Assembly (NCBI GenBank): GCA_033791305.1
Contig: JASJGW010000124.1
Location: 1 to 37,402 of the forward strand
From: Gammaproteobacteria bacterium
GTDB taxonomy: Bacteria > Pseudomonadota > Gammaproteobacteria > UBA9214
Length of the DNA: 37,402 nt
Reading direction: 5' to 3'
Numbering within the stretch: position 1 is the first letter of the stretch; every line of letters starts with the position of its first letter. The notes under the pieces were generated by a model, which worked only from the letters and a program-made list of their open reading frames with translations, had not been told where the DNA came from and did not search any database. The position numbers were made by a program, and so were the translations under genes. Shown here one piece after another: positions 18,447 to 30,100 of the stretch.

Positions 18447-18707
18447 CTAGATGCTGCGAATATGCTGATTAAGACGGCTCTTGTGACGCGCGGCCTTGTT
18501 CGCATGGATAAGCCCTTTTCCTGCCACGCTGTCAATGACCGGTACGGCTGCATCGTATGCCTGCTTGGCCATGTCACGATCACCGGCTGCAATCGCTGCG
18601 ATCACTTTTTTTATGGCTGTACGCATGTTGGATCGCTGACTGGCGTTCCGTTGACGGTGATTTTCTGCCTGCCGTGCGCGCTTTAATGCTTGTGCTGAAT
18701 TGGCCAA
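18447..18707 (-). CDS. rpsT: 30S ribosomal protein S20
   Basis: [35 protein letters not shown] is the canonical S20 sequence. Confidence 0.95.
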   Translation of the reverse strand: MANSAQALKRARQAENHRQRNASQRSNMRTAIKKVIAAIAAGDRDMAKQAYDAAVPVIDSVAGKGLIHANKAARHKSRLNQHIRSI

Positions 18708-18940
18708 AAGAACTGCTCCTGCATCTCATTATTCGAAAGACCGCGTACTATGCGGATCTCCGGGGGATTTGTCAATATCGGGCGCTGTCAGGCTGGTGCG
18801 GCGCGCGCCGGAGGGCAGAATTATTTCGGAACCAGAACCGTGCACACGCCATACCCTGCTGGTAAGCTGCTGTTTTAATTGATACCTTTTCTGACCCCAT
18901 GCAACCAGTCTCTCACCCCTGCCAGGAATAATGCCGGTAA

Positions 18941-20515
18941 ATGAGTAGTAAGCTACTGAAAAACACAGCAATAGTTGGGGGTATGACACTGGTGTCCCGG
19001 GTGCTTGGACTGGTGCGGGATATCGTGCTGGCGCGCTGGTTTGGGGTCGATGCCAGCATGGATGCTTTCTTTGTCGCCTTTAAAATTCCGAATTTTATGC
19101 GGCGGTTGTTCGCTGAGGGTGCCTTTTCACAGGCGTTTGTACCGATCATTTCGGAGTACAAGGAACAACAGGACAGTGCCACAGTGCAACAACTGGTCAA
19201 CAGGGTTGCCGGCACTCTGCTGGGCGTGTTGTCCCTGATTACGGTGATCGGGGTACTGGCAAGTCCGGTGCTGGTTGCTATTTTTGCGCCGGGGTTCCTC
19301 TACCGGGACCCCGCACAGTTTGATCTGGCAGCATTGATGCTGCGCATGACTTTTCCCTACCTGCTACTGATCTCCCTGGTTGCGTTTGCAGCCGGGATAC
19401 TGAATACCTACGGACGCTTTGCTGCGGCTTCTTTTGCCCCGGTATGGCTGAATGTGGTGCTGATTGGTGCTGCCATCCTGGTTTCACCGCGGCTGGCCCA
19501 GCCGGAACTGGCACTGGCCGGTGGTGTGTTGGTGGCGGGTGTTGTGCAGGTATTGTTTTTGTTGCCGTCACTGCAGCGTGCAGGTCTGTTTCCCCGGCCG
19601 CAATGGGGTATGCAGGACACGGGTGTACGTCGCATCATGAAGCTCATGTTGCCGGGTATTATTGGCTCTTCCGTGGCCCAGATTAATCTGTTGTTCGATA
19701 CCCTGATCGCCTCGTTTTTGGTGGTCGGCAGTGTCAGCTGGTTGTACTATTCCGATCGTCTGGTCGAATTTCCGCTGGGTATCTTTGCCATTGCGCTTGC
19801 GACAGTTATTCTGCCGAGTCTGTCACGCAGTCATGCCACAGACTCTGCTATAGAATTTTCACGCACGGTTGACTGGGGGTTACGGCTGGTATTGCTGATC
19901 GCGGTGCCATCGGCCATTGGCCTGTTGCTACTGGCACGGCCGATGCTGGCAACGCTGTTCAATTACGGTGATTTCAACGCTGCCGATGTGGACATGGCCG
20001 GTTTGAGTTTGATGGCCTATACCATCGGTTTGCCTGCATTCATGCTCATCAAGGTGCTGGCGCCGGCATATTATTCCCGCAAGGACACCCGCACCCCGGT
20101 GCGTATTGCCATCGTTGCGCTGGTGACCAACATGGTGCTGAATCTCGTGTTTGTGGTGCCGCTGGTCATGCTGAAGATTCCTGGTCCGCATGCAGGTCTG
20201 GCCATGGCGACTTCAATCGCGGCCTGGGTGAACGCAGGCCTGTTGTATCGTGGGCTGAAAAAACAGCAGGTCTACCGCCCGGAAGCAGGCTGGCGGCAAT
20301 TTCTCCTGCAAATCGGGCTGGCCGGTGCCGTGCTGGGTGCCGTGCTGTTCTGGGGTGTGCCGGTCATGCAAGTATGGCTGGACTGGTCTGTCTGGTCACG
20401 GGTGTCCGGACTGTTTATCTGGATCTTGGCCGGGGCAGGTGCTTATTTTATTGCCCTGTCCCTCGTTGGTTTGCGACTCGGGAGCCTCTGGCAGCACCCG
20501 CATGATGGGGGCTAG
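18941..20515 (+). CDS. murJ: Lipid II flippase MurJ (MviN)
   Basis: SRVLGLVRDIVLARWFGVDASMDAFFVAFKIPNFMRRLFAEGAFSQAFVPIISEYK is nearly identical in pattern to E. coli MurJ. The protein is 524 aa and polytopic. Confidence 0.95.
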   Translation: MSSKLLKNTAIVGGMTLVSRVLGLVRDIVLARWFGVDASMDAFFVAFKIPNFMRRLFAEGAFSQAFVPIISEYKEQQDSATVQQLVNRVAGTLLGVLSLITVIGVLASPVLVAIFAPGFLYRDPAQFDLAALMLRMTFPYLLLISLVAFAAGILNTYGRFAAASFAPVWLNVVLIGAAILVSPRLAQPELALAGGVLVAGVVQVLFLLPSLQRAGLFPRPQWGMQDTGVRRIMKLMLPGIIGSSVAQINLLFDTLIASFLVVGSVSWLYYSDRLVEFPLGIFAIALATVILPSLSRSHATDSAIEFSRTVDWGLRLVLLIAVPSAIGLLLLARPMLATLFNYGDFNAADVDMAGLSLMAYTIGLPAFMLIKVLAPAYYSRKDTRTPVRIAIVALVTNMVLNLVFVVPLVMLKIPGPHAGLAMATSIAAWVNAGLLYRGLKKQQVYRPEAGWRQFLLQIGLAGAVLGAVLFWGVPVMQVWLDWSVWSRVSGLFIWILAGAGAYFIALSLVGLRLGSLWQHPHDGG

Positions 20516-20559
20516 ATGCCTTATACTCCCCGTTTTACTACTGAGGTCAGTCTCCACTG

Positions 20560-21528
20560 ATGGAACTGGTTCGCGGTTTATATAATCTGCGCCCTGAACA
20601 TCGGGGTTGTGTAGCAACGATTGGCAGCTTTGATGGGGTACATCTGGGGCATCAGGCCGTGCTGGCGCAATTGGCGGAGCAGGGCAGGAGCCGGCAGTTA
20701 CCGGTTACATTGATTACTTTTGAACCGCAGCCGCGCGAATATTTTATGCCGGACGTGGCACCACCCCGGCTGACACGTTTCCGGGAAAAGCTGGAAGTGC
20801 TACAGCACTGCGGCATCGACCGTGTTGTCTGTCTGCGCTTTAATGACCAGCTGGCGAACCTGGCGCCGGAAGCATTTATCCAGCACATTTTGCTGGATGG
20901 TCTGGATGTAAAGTACCTGGTCGTCGGGGATGATTTTCGTTATGGCAAGGCACGTAGCGGGAATTATGAGATGCTCGAGCAGGCCGGCCACCGGCACGGA
21001 TTCTCCGTGGTCAACACGCATACCTTCAATGTGGAGAGTGCACGTGTCAGCAGCACCCGTATTCGGGAGGCATTGCAGCAGGGTGATTTGTTCGGGGCGG
21101 AGTTACTGCTGGGGCGGCTCTTCTGGATGAGCGGGCGCGTTGCGCATGGCGACAAGCGGGGCCGGACGATCGGTTTCCCGACCGCCAATATTTTTTTGCA
21201 CCGCACCGCAGTCCCGGTGGACGGTGTATTTGCCGTGAAAATGCACGGTATTGACAACCAGCCGTTGCCTGGCGTGGCGAACGTTGGTACCCGGCCGACC
21301 GTTGGCGGTACGCGTTCCCTGCTGGAGGTGCACCTGTTTGATTTTGACCGGGAGATCTACGGGCGCCATGTACGGGTAAGTTTCCTGAAAAAACTTCGCC
21401 CGGAGCGCCGGTTTGATTCCTTTGAGAAGCTGAAACAGCAAATCTTGCAGGATGCCGGACAGGCAAGGGATTTCTTCAGGCAGACACAGGCCGCGTCCCG
21501 GGGGGGCAGGCAGGGGAAAGGGCGCTGA
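20560..21528 (+). CDS. ribF: Bifunctional riboflavin kinase / FMN adenylyltransferase
   Basis: It has GSFDGVHLGHQAVL and VVGDDFRYG in the FAD synthetase domain, and the GRTIGFPTAN...GVANVGTRPT riboflavin kinase motifs. Confidence 0.95.
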   Translation: MELVRGLYNLRPEHRGCVATIGSFDGVHLGHQAVLAQLAEQGRSRQLPVTLITFEPQPREYFMPDVAPPRLTRFREKLEVLQHCGIDRVVCLRFNDQLANLAPEAFIQHILLDGLDVKYLVVGDDFRYGKARSGNYEMLEQAGHRHGFSVVNTHTFNVESARVSSTRIREALQQGDLFGAELLLGRLFWMSGRVAHGDKRGRTIGFPTANIFLHRTAVPVDGVFAVKMHGIDNQPLPGVANVGTRPTVGGTRSLLEVHLFDFDREIYGRHVRVSFLKKLRPERRFDSFEKLKQQILQDAGQARDFFRQTQAASRGGRQGKGR

Positions 21529-21687
21529 CTGACGGGTTTACCCATCCTGCGGTCGCCATGTCCGCTATAATCACAATCCTGATCGTGGCACGGGTAAAGC
21601 GAAGCGTACCCGCCAGGGAAATGATTAGAATTCACGGCAGTATTAGGTTATAAACTGCGCCTTCTGCGTTCTGGCGGTAATGGAAAC

Positions 21688-24534
21688 ATGGCTGACTATA
21701 AAGACACACTGAATCTTCCCAGCACAGACTTCCCGATGAGGGGTAATTTACCGAATCGTGAACCTGAAATGCTCAAGCGCTGGGAGGATATGGATATCTA
21801 CGGGCAATTGCGGCGTTCGGGTGAAGGGCGTCCGCGTTTTGTGCTGCACGATGGTCCTCCCTATGCCAATGGCGATATTCACATAGGCCATGCCGTCAAC
21901 AAGGTATTGAAGGACATTATCGTCAAGAGCAAGACCCTGAGTGGCTATGATGCGCCGTATGTGCCGGGCTGGGACTGTCATGGCCTGCCGATAGAGCTCA
22001 ACGTTGAAAAGAAAGTTGGCAAGGCCGGGGTCAAGGTTGATGCGCCTGCATTCAGAAAGGCATGCCGCGACTATGCCGGCAAGCAGGTTGACGGGCAGCG
22101 CAAGGATTTCATCCGTCTTGGGGTGTTTGGTGACTGGCAGAATTCCTACCTCACCATGAACTATCAATACGAGGCAGACATCATTCGTGCGCTGGGCCGT
22201 ATTGTCGAGAACAGGCACCTGCACAAGGGGTTCAAGCCGGTACACTGGTGTACGGACTGCGGCTCGGCCCTGGCTGAAGCGGAAGTCGAATACGCGGACA
22301 AGAAATCACCGGCAATTGATGTGCGCTTCCCGGTGCTGAATGAAGATGGCCTGCTGTCCTGTTGTCACCATGTTGAAGGGCACGCAGGCGCAGGGCCGCT
22401 GTCGGTCGTTATCTGGACGACCACACCTTGGACCTTGCCGGCCAATCGTGCTGTCTCGTTGAATCCGGTATTCGAGTATGCCGTGGTGCAATGTAATACC
22501 GACACGGGTGTCGAACGGCTGTTAGTGGCCGAGTCGTTGCTCAAGGATGTCATGCTGCGTTTTGGTGTCGAGAAATACCAGGTGATTGCCTACTGCAAGG
22601 GCAGTGATCTGGAGGGGCAACTGCTGGGGCATCCGTTCTATGAGCGGGAAGTGCCGATTATTCTGGGCGATCATGTGACGGCAGAGGCCGGTACCGGTGC
22701 CGTGCATACGGCCCCCGGTCATGGTCAGGATGACTATGTTGTTGGCAGCCGTTACAAACTGCCGGTCGATAATCCGGTTGACAGTCGTGGCTGCTTTCTG
22801 CCGGATACCGAACTGTTTGCGGGTGAGCACGTGTTAAAGGCCAATGATCATGTCATTGAAGTCCTGAAAGGCAAGGGCGCGCTGGTGCATGAAGAAATGC
22901 TCTACCACAGCTATCCACATTGCTGGCGCCACAAGACGCCGATCATCTTTCGTGCGACACCGCAATGGTTTATCAGCATGGATCAGCAGGGGCTGCGTAC
23001 GGCTGCCCTGGATGCAGTCAAGGACGTGCAGTGGCTGCCTGGCTGGGGCGAGGCCCGCATCAAGGGGATGGTGGAGAGTCGACCGGACTGGTGTATCTCG
23101 CGGCAGCGCACCTGGGGTGTGCCGATTCCCCTGTTCACAGACAAGCAAACCGGCGAATTGCACCGGGACACGGCACGGTTGATAGAAGAAGTTGCCGGGC
23201 GGGTGGAACAGCAGGGTATTGATGCCTGGTTTGAGCTGGACCCGCAGGAATTGCTCGGTGATGGGGCGGATGACTATGACAAGGCCGGGGATACGCTGGA
23301 TGTGTGGTTTGATTCCGGTGTGTCACATGCGACTGTGCTGGAACAGCGTGCGCAACTGGGTGTGCCTGCCGATCTGTATCTTGAGGGTTCCGATCAGCAT
23401 CGTGGCTGGTTCCAGTCATCGTTGTTAACCTCGATTGCCATGCGCGGTTCGGCCCCCTACAAAACAGTGCTGACGCATGGTTTTACGGTCGATGCGAAGG
23501 GGCAGAAGATGTCCAAGTCATGTGGCAACGTGGTTGCGCCGCAGAAGGTTGTTAATTCACTGGGTGCGGATATTTTACGTCTGTGGGTGGCCGCGACAGA
23601 TTACCGTGGCGAAATGAGCGTGTCGGACGAGATCCTGAAACGTACAGCGGAGGCCTATCGCCGTTTGCGTAACACGGCGCGTTTTCTGCTTGCCAACCTG
23701 TCAGGATTCGACCCTGAAAACGACCTGCTTGATCCCGAGCAGATGCTGTGTCTGGACCGCTGGACGCTGGAACGTGCCCGCATGTTGCAGGAACAGATTC
23801 AGCAGGCCTATGAGAGTTACGAGTTCCACCGGATATACCAGCTGGTACACAACTTCTGTGCGGTGGATATGGGCAGTTTTTACCTGGATATCATCAAGGA
23901 TCGTCAGTACACCACGCAGGAGAGCAGTATTCTCAGACGTTCGGCACAAACCGCGATGTATCATGTTGTTGAGTCGCTGGCGCGCTGGCTGGCACCCATT
24001 CTGAGTTTTACTGCGGAAGAAATCTGGCAGCGTCTGCCTGGAAAACGGGAAGATTCCGTGTTCCTGTCGACCTGGTATGAATTGCCGTCAGCGTTTTATC
24101 CGGAGGGTGAAATTCTGCAACGCATGGGGACTGGTTTCTGGGGGCAGATTATTGCGGTGCGTGAAGCCATCAGCAAGGAGCTGGAGAACCTGCGTGTTGC
24201 CGGCAAGATCGGTTCATCACTGGCAGCGGAAGTGGACCTGTATGCAGATACCGAAACACAGGCCATGTTAAAGACGGTCAATGACGAATTGCGTTTTATA
24301 TTGATAACATCTTATGCGCGTGTACACGCCGCAGAAGAATGCCCGGATGATGCCGTGGCTGCGGATATTCCCGGGCTGGTATTCAGTATCAGGGTAACTG
24401 CTTCTGCCCATGACAAGTGCGTCCGCTGCTGGCATCATCGTGAAGATGTTGGTGCCAGCACAGAGCATCCGGAACTATGCGGACGTTGCATCGAGAATGT
24501 AGCGGGTGCCGGCGAACAGCGCCGTTTTGCCTGA
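21688..24534 (+). CDS. ileS: Isoleucyl-tRNA synthetase
   Basis: It has the HIGH motif ([11 protein letters not shown]), KMSKS ([10 protein letters not shown]) and a C-terminal Zn finger (CVRCWHH...CGRC). It is 948 aa. Confidence 0.97.
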   Translation: MADYKDTLNLPSTDFPMRGNLPNREPEMLKRWEDMDIYGQLRRSGEGRPRFVLHDGPPYANGDIHIGHAVNKVLKDIIVKSKTLSGYDAPYVPGWDCHGLPIELNVEKKVGKAGVKVDAPAFRKACRDYAGKQVDGQRKDFIRLGVFGDWQNSYLTMNYQYEADIIRALGRIVENRHLHKGFKPVHWCTDCGSALAEAEVEYADKKSPAIDVRFPVLNEDGLLSCCHHVEGHAGAGPLSVVIWTTTPWTLPANRAVSLNPVFEYAVVQCNTDTGVERLLVAESLLKDVMLRFGVEKYQVIAYCKGSDLEGQLLGHPFYEREVPIILGDHVTAEAGTGAVHTAPGHGQDDYVVGSRYKLPVDNPVDSRGCFLPDTELFAGEHVLKANDHVIEVLKGKGALVHEEMLYHSYPHCWRHKTPIIFRATPQWFISMDQQGLRTAALDAVKDVQWLPGWGEARIKGMVESRPDWCISRQRTWGVPIPLFTDKQTGELHRDTARLIEEVAGRVEQQGIDAWFELDPQELLGDGADDYDKAGDTLDVWFDSGVSHATVLEQRAQLGVPADLYLEGSDQHRGWFQSSLLTSIAMRGSAPYKTVLTHGFTVDAKGQKMSKSCGNVVAPQKVVNSLGADILRLWVAATDYRGEMSVSDEILKRTAEAYRRLRNTARFLLANLSGFDPENDLLDPEQMLCLDRWTLERARMLQEQIQQAYESYEFHRIYQLVHNFCAVDMGSFYLDIIKDRQYTTQESSILRRSAQTAMYHVVESLARWLAPILSFTAEEIWQRLPGKREDSVFLSTWYELPSAFYPEGEILQRMGTGFWGQIIAVREAISKELENLRVAGKIGSSLAAEVDLYADTETQAMLKTVNDELRFILITSYARVHAAEECPDDAVAADIPGLVFSIRVTASAHDKCVRCWHHREDVGASTEHPELCGRCIENVAGAGEQRRFA

Positions 24535-24558
24535 GCATCCGGCACGGAGAGCTGCGCC

Positions 24559-25032
24559 TTGAAGTGGTTATGGGTTTCCGTTGTCGTGTTGCTGGTAGAC
24601 CAGTGCACCAAGTTACTGGCTGATGCCATGCTCACCCTGTACCAGCCAGTCGAGCTTATACCGTATTTTGCCCTTCGCAAGGCCTATAACAGCGGCGCAG
24701 CATTCAGTTTTCTGGCGGACGAGTCTGGCTGGCAGCGCTGGTTTTTTATTGCGTTGGCCGTGATCGTAATCGGTGTGCTGGTTGTCTGGCTGCGGCGTTT
24801 ATCGGCAGAGGAAGTGCGTACCCGGCTGGCACTGGTGTTAATTCTTGGTGGCGCGGCCGGTAACGTGGTTGACCGGCTGGTGTACGGTTACGTGATCGAT
24901 TTTATTGATGTCTATTATAAAAGTTGGCACTGGCCGGCATTTAATATCGCAGATGCTGCGATTTCGGTGGGCGCATTCCTGCTGTTGCTGGATGCCTTTC
25001 AGGGTGGCAAGGAAAAATCCCCGGCCGGCTAG
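24559..25032 (+). CDS. lspA: Lipoprotein signal peptidase II
   Basis: It has [22 protein letters not shown] and FNIADAAI (catalytic Asp contexts). The start codon is TTG. Confidence 0.9.
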   Translation: MKWLWVSVVVLLVDQCTKLLADAMLTLYQPVELIPYFALRKAYNSGAAFSFLADESGWQRWFFIALAVIVIGVLVVWLRRLSAEEVRTRLALVLILGGAAGNVVDRLVYGYVIDFIDVYYKSWHWPAFNIADAAISVGAFLLLLDAFQGGKEKSPAG

Positions 25033-25092
25033 CCGTCGCAATACGCTCCCTGCTTTTGCAGGGGAGCATAAAGAATCTAGAGAATCCCTTAC

Positions 25093-25542
25093 GTGAAATA
25101 TCCGATCAGTCCTGAAAGTACCGTAACGCTGCACCTTTCCCTGATGCTGAAGGACGGTACGGTTGCCGAGAGTACCCTTGATGACGAGCCGCTGACATTT
25201 ACCATGGGCGACGGCTCATTCGCCGAGGGCCTGGAGCTTGGTCTCTATGGTCTGCGTCCCGGCGATACCCAGCGGCTGGAACTCTACCCGGAGCAGGCCT
25301 TTGGTTTGCACGATCCGGGGAAAGTGCATCCACTGCCACGTACAGATTTTGATGCAGAAATGGCGCTGGAACCGGGTCTTATCATTGGTTTTAATACTCC
25401 CGGGGGCGAGGAGTTATCCGGAACAATCATTACGTTTGACGATGTCACGGTTGAGGTGGATTTCAATCACCCGCTGGCAGGGCGGGTAGTTATTTTTGAT
25501 GTAGAGATCATTGATGTGGTTCTGGCAGATTCGGATAGCTGA
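25093..25542 (+). CDS. fkpB: FKBP-type peptidyl-prolyl cis-trans isomerase (FkpB/SlpA-like)
   Basis: VTLHLSLMLKDGTVAEST...FTMGDGSFAEGLELGLYGLRPGD...DFNHPLAGR shows an FKBP fold with an insert-in-flap. It sits in the conserved position between lspA and ispH. The start codon is GTG. Confidence 0.85.
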   Translation: MKYPISPESTVTLHLSLMLKDGTVAESTLDDEPLTFTMGDGSFAEGLELGLYGLRPGDTQRLELYPEQAFGLHDPGKVHPLPRTDFDAEMALEPGLIIGFNTPGGEELSGTIITFDDVTVEVDFNHPLAGRVVIFDVEIIDVVLADSDS

Positions 25543-25597
25543 TTTTGTTTGTCGGGTCAGCGTATTAAATTTCCAATAGCATATAATTAACCACATC

Positions 25598-26557
25598 ATG
25601 TCTGCTCCTGTAAAAGTCATGCTTGCCAATCCGCGTGGTTTCTGTGCGGGTGTTGATCGTGCAATCGAAATTGTTGAGCGTGCGCTGGAGTTGTTTGGTG
25701 CGCCAATCTATGTGCGTCATGAAGTGGTGCATAACCGCCATGTCGTTGCTGGCTTGCGCGCCCGTGGCACGGTGTTTGTTGATGAGCTGGACGAGGTGCC
25801 CGATGGCGGTACGGTTATTTTCAGTGCGCATGGTGTGTCACTTGCCGTGCATGCCGAAGGTAAACGGCGAGGGCTGCGCGTGTTCGATGCAACCTGTCCC
25901 CTGGTCACCAAGGTACACCTGGAGGTTAGCCGTTATGCCGATGCGGGACGGGAATGTATTTTGATTGGTCACAAGGGACACCCCGAAGTCGAGGGTACCA
26001 TGGGTCAGTACGATACATCGAAAGGCGGTGCGATGTACCTGGTTGAAAGACCGGAGGATGTCGTCGGGTTGCAGGTCAGGAATCCGGATGAGCTGGCCTT
26101 TGTTACCCAGACTACCCTGTCCGTTGATGACACGTTGCGGGTGATAGATGCCTTGAGGACACGGTTCCCGTCAATACAGGGACCACGCAAGGATGATATC
26201 TGTTATGCCACACAGAACCGGCAGGATGCTGTCAAGCAGCTGACGGAGCAGTGTGATGTGATCCTTGTGGTCGGTTCCCCGAACAGTTCAAACTCGAACC
26301 GCTTGCATGAACTGGCGGAGAACAGGGGAGTGGCTGCATACCTGATCGATGAGGCGAGCCAGATCCGGGATGAATGGCTTGCAGGCAGACAGGCAATCGG
26401 TGTAACTGCCGGGGCTTCTGCTCCGGAGCAGATTGTTACCGGCGTGATTGAATCATTGCGTCAGCGTGGTGCTGTGACAGTAGAGGAATCGCGGGGAAAA
26501 ACAGAGGCGGTGATGTTCTCCCTGCCGGGGGAATTGAGGAAATCCGGGCTGAGCTAG
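25598..26557 (+). CDS. ispH: 4-hydroxy-3-methylbut-2-enyl diphosphate reductase IspH/LytB
   Basis: The three cluster Cys contexts are [14 protein letters not shown] and [20 protein letters not shown] is also present. Confidence 0.95.
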   Translation: MSAPVKVMLANPRGFCAGVDRAIEIVERALELFGAPIYVRHEVVHNRHVVAGLRARGTVFVDELDEVPDGGTVIFSAHGVSLAVHAEGKRRGLRVFDATCPLVTKVHLEVSRYADAGRECILIGHKGHPEVEGTMGQYDTSKGGAMYLVERPEDVVGLQVRNPDELAFVTQTTLSVDDTLRVIDALRTRFPSIQGPRKDDICYATQNRQDAVKQLTEQCDVILVVGSPNSSNSNRLHELAENRGVAAYLIDEASQIRDEWLAGRQAIGVTAGASAPEQIVTGVIESLRQRGAVTVEESRGKTEAVMFSLPGELRKSGLS

Positions 26558-26589
26558 TACAGTTTTAAGTTGATGATGAGAAAAAATGT

Positions 26590-26673
26590 TGCCACAGAAT
26601 CCACGGAAAACCCGGAAGAATAAATGCCTTGAGAGACATATTTTCGTGTCCTTTTGCGGGTTTCGTTGTTATT
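26590..26673. repeat. CACGRAA-rich palindromic intergenic element, copy B
   Basis: TGCCACAGAATCCACGGAAAACCCGGAAGAATAAATGC ... ATATTTTCGTGTCCTTTTGCGGGTTTCGTTGTTATT. By hand, both arms align at roughly three-quarters identity to copy A (7172-7256). It is followed by ATTTTT. Confidence 0.5.
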
Positions 26674-26718
26674 TTTCCTGCTGCCGCGCAGTTTCAAAAA
26701 TCACCAGTCTGTTTGGAA

Positions 26719-27123
26719 TTATTTCCAGCAGTGGCTGTTTAGCGCGTTGTCAGTTACGGATTTTTGTCCCAGCGATGTCAGTGTGAAGGTCGCGCATTTG
26801 TCGGTGTCCTGCCTGCCAAGACTGGTGGGGGCGGCGCTGACTGTAAATGAGACATTATTGGCGTTAACAATCGACAGTGTGTAGAAACCGCCATCGGTAG
26901 TGGCACCATACACCTCGGATATGCTGGTTGGGTAGGTGCCCTGGTCTGAATAGGACCTTTCCATTCTGTTGGCCAGTTCCAGCAGTTGCCCCATGCCTTC
27001 TGCCCTGCGCGATTTCTTTACATGTTCCATGTATGACGGATAGCCGACCGTTACGATAATTGCAAGGATCGTAATGACTATCATGAGTTCAATTAATGTA
27101 AAGCCGCGGGTCTTTTTTATCAT
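26719..27123 (-). CDS. pilE: Type IV minor pilin PilE
   Basis: It has the prepilin leader and cleavage site MIKKTRG/FTLIELMIVITILAIIVTVGYPSY, and a C-terminal Cys pair (DKC...HC). The ORF-track start at 27228 overlaps pilY1, so the ATG at 27123 is preferred. Confidence 0.85.
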   Translation of the reverse strand: MIKKTRGFTLIELMIVITILAIIVTVGYPSYMEHVKKSRRAEGMGQLLELANRMERSYSDQGTYPTSISEVYGATTDGGFYTLSIVNANNVSFTVSAAPTSLGRQDTDKCATFTLTSLGQKSVTDNALNSHCWK

Positions 27124-27160
27124 CCTGTTTCTCTTGTGCCATGCGTGGCACTGTTTACGA

Positions 27161-30100
27161 CTATTGTCTGAGGTCAATCCAGTTGCGTTGACCCAGTACC
27201 GCGTTCGGACCAAGTGACTCCAGGTCAATCGTTTCGATAGTAATCACATCGGCCGGTACTGCATCGGCAGTGAATAGGTTGGTGTTGCCACCGTCAGACT
27301 GGTTTTTGTCGATGTCAAGCAGATACTGCTCGGGGATGACACTGCCGGGTACATAATCTCGATACTGCGCGTACTTCCGCAAAATGTCTCCCAGCGCTTC
27401 ATCCGCATACAGGGCGTCCAAAGCCAGTAATGCCTGGTTGAGTGCGGCCTCGGATGTGGCAGAGTTGATGATGTTTTGCAGCGCGACAAATTCAGCCAGT
27501 ATCCGGGTGCCTTCCAGGGCGTCTGCCCAGACCTTGTACTGGCCAAGGTTGAGGCCACGCTGTTCCCGGGTCAGGGCACTGCTGTAATTCGCATCGCCGT
27601 AACAGGGAGTCAAGGCGTTCTCTGCACGCTGGATATTATCGGCCAGATCACTGTAGTGCCAGAAGATGGCGGCTTCAAAGAGCAAGCCGCTCTCATAGGC
27701 GTCGCTGTCTTTCTCGAAGAGGGTGGTTGTCTTATTGCCCTTGCCCAATACTATGGGGTTGAAGGCCCTGGCAAAGGTGCCGCCCTTGCGGATGCTGCCC
27801 TTGTGGGGCAGGTTATCCGGGGGCTGTAGCGTCATATTTGCCGGGTCGAGCAACTGTACGGTCAGCGCCCCGTTGCGCCAGCGATAGCCGGTATAGCCGT
27901 TTTCCTTGTACTCCGTGATATGCAAGCTGAGTGCCGGGTCCTTGATGTAGCGATCCGGTACCGGCAGGCTGAGTTGTTGTGCGCAGGATAAATTGGTATA
28001 TGGGTTGTCAGTCTCGATTAACGTCCGGGTATCAAGTACCGCAGAATCCGCTGCAGCCAGGACCTTGGGATCGGAATAGCAGACCTTTACCCTGGGGTCG
28101 TGCAGTCCGAGCACACACTGCGAGCGGGTACCATGTACGCCCTTTCTCAGGATGGCATCCTCGTCGAACAGGATCCGCAGTGTTGGATTCTTGCTGTTCT
28201 CCGGGCACACCCACTGCAACGGGTCACCATTAAGGTCAGTGTTATTGGCGATGCTGGCCAGGGTAAAGATGACCGGCTCTCCATACTTGGGATCTCGAAT
28301 GTTCTCCGCTGGTACGCCGAGTTCCAGTTGGGCCGCAATGTGATCCTGGTACTGAATGAATTCATTCATCTTTGGGGTAGCATTATTCAGGCCGCCTTCC
28401 CAGATCTTGCAGCCAATTTGCAGGCTGCCACGCTCGGAGAGATCGGCATTGGCCAGCACGACCATGAAGGGTTTGTCGTCAGCGAGCAATTCACCGTTTG
28501 CACCATCGAGTTTATAGGTTTCAGACTCGGGAACGATGATCGTTTTCTCGCATTTATCGATGGTGCCGTCTATCTCATCAATGATAGCCCGGTAGAATGG
28601 ACCGAAGCGCCCGCCATCTTCCGGACAGACATTTTCCCCGTTAACTACATCAGGTGTTTCCAGTATAGGCGTGGGCGTTGATGGCGTGAGGGTGTCATAG
28701 GCCCGGTTGAGTTCTGCCTCTACGGCCTCGATGCACCTGTCGTTTACCAGAATCCGCTTGTTGTTATTTGTGTCACTGCAGGCATTACTCACAATATCGG
28801 TGCTGGCAGAGGTGGGTGCCAGGCTGGCAAGCCCGCGGCGTGGTTCCAGTTCAAACAGGTCGACATAGGAAATACCGTTGATGCTGTCGTATTCATGCAC
28901 GAGACCGTCAACGGTTCGACTGAGTCCGTCATTATCTGCATTTTGGTAACCTGCGCTGTGCTTGAAGATCAGGTTGGGTGCCGTCATGCTGCCATTGGGG
29001 TTGTCTGTGACTACGTCAAGGTGGCCAAAGAGCAGGGGACCATAGTTGGTAATCGGTGGTAACGGCAGGATGAGGCCATTGACGAACATCTTGTCAATAC
29101 CATCCCGCAGGCGTACAAACGCCGGTTGTGAAATGTTGCCCTCACCAAGACTCAGACCGACCGGCGGAACACCACTGGCTGTGTCCAGTGCATCAAGTTG
29201 GGTATCGCCATTCAGGTTGAATACCACCTTATTGGCGCTGGCACCGGTCAGGTAATCCAGTGACATCATCCAGCTGTTGCCGGCCAGGGTTCGCTGGCCA
29301 CACTGGTGTCCAGTCGGGTTGGTGGTGACAAACTGTACCCGGTTGGCACGGATAAAGGGGGCGCCGACCAGGCGTTCACCACAAATGGGAAACTCCAGCC
29401 GCCAGCCACTGAGCAGGGATGCCTCACAAGAAGTGTCACCGGTATTACAGTAATAATTGACCGGCTTGTTGACCGGGGTGGTCCGCACGGTCTTTGTTTC
29501 ATTATTATTGGCGAAGTAGGCAGTAATCGGAGAGCCGACTGGGTTCAGCGCCTGTGTCTGTAAATCGGCATCCTCTAAAGGATCAAAGCTCGTCTCAGTG
29601 CCGTCAATCCATGATTGCTTGATGTGGATACCATAGATGGCCTGGTTAAAAAGAGAGTTTCCGCCGGTATCTACTGCATCATTCAGGGCATCAACCTGGC
29701 TAAAGATACTGCCGGTACCGAAGTAGATGATATAGCCGCCGATTGATGAATGCGGGTGCTTGACGACTGCTGGTGTGTTGGTGATCGGCAGATTGGGGTT
29801 ACCATCGAACACCTTGCGGGCTGTCGAGCTGGCAGGGTCGGCCTTGTCCAGCCTGAACATCCACAGGTCGCCATTGATGTCGCCTGCGAAGGCCGTTTCG
29901 ACGGTCAGGTCAGTTTTATCAGTATCGACCAGTACCGGTGCGGACAGGCCACCATTGGCCAATGTGTCGATTGAATGGATAATATTCGGATCTGCCAGAC
30001 TGACCATTAACAGGGCAGCTGGATGACTGGTATCCGTGTTGCATTCAGAATTATTGATACCGGTACACGCCTCCTTGTAGCCGCTGCCGGTGAAAACGTA

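Noticed and set aside
21586-21601. TGGCACGGGTAAAGCG upstream of ileS, which has GG-N10-GC spacing reminiscent of a sigma-54 promoter.
   Set aside because: The -12 element reads AAGC rather than TTGC. ileS is a housekeeping gene co-transcribed with ribF in other bacteria. This is probably chance.
26586-26884. Short + strand ORFs 26586-26786 and 26654-26884 in the ispH/pilE spacer.
   Set aside because: They overlap the hairpin repeat and the 3' end of pilE on the other strand. The translations are Cys/Phe/Ser-rich with no support.
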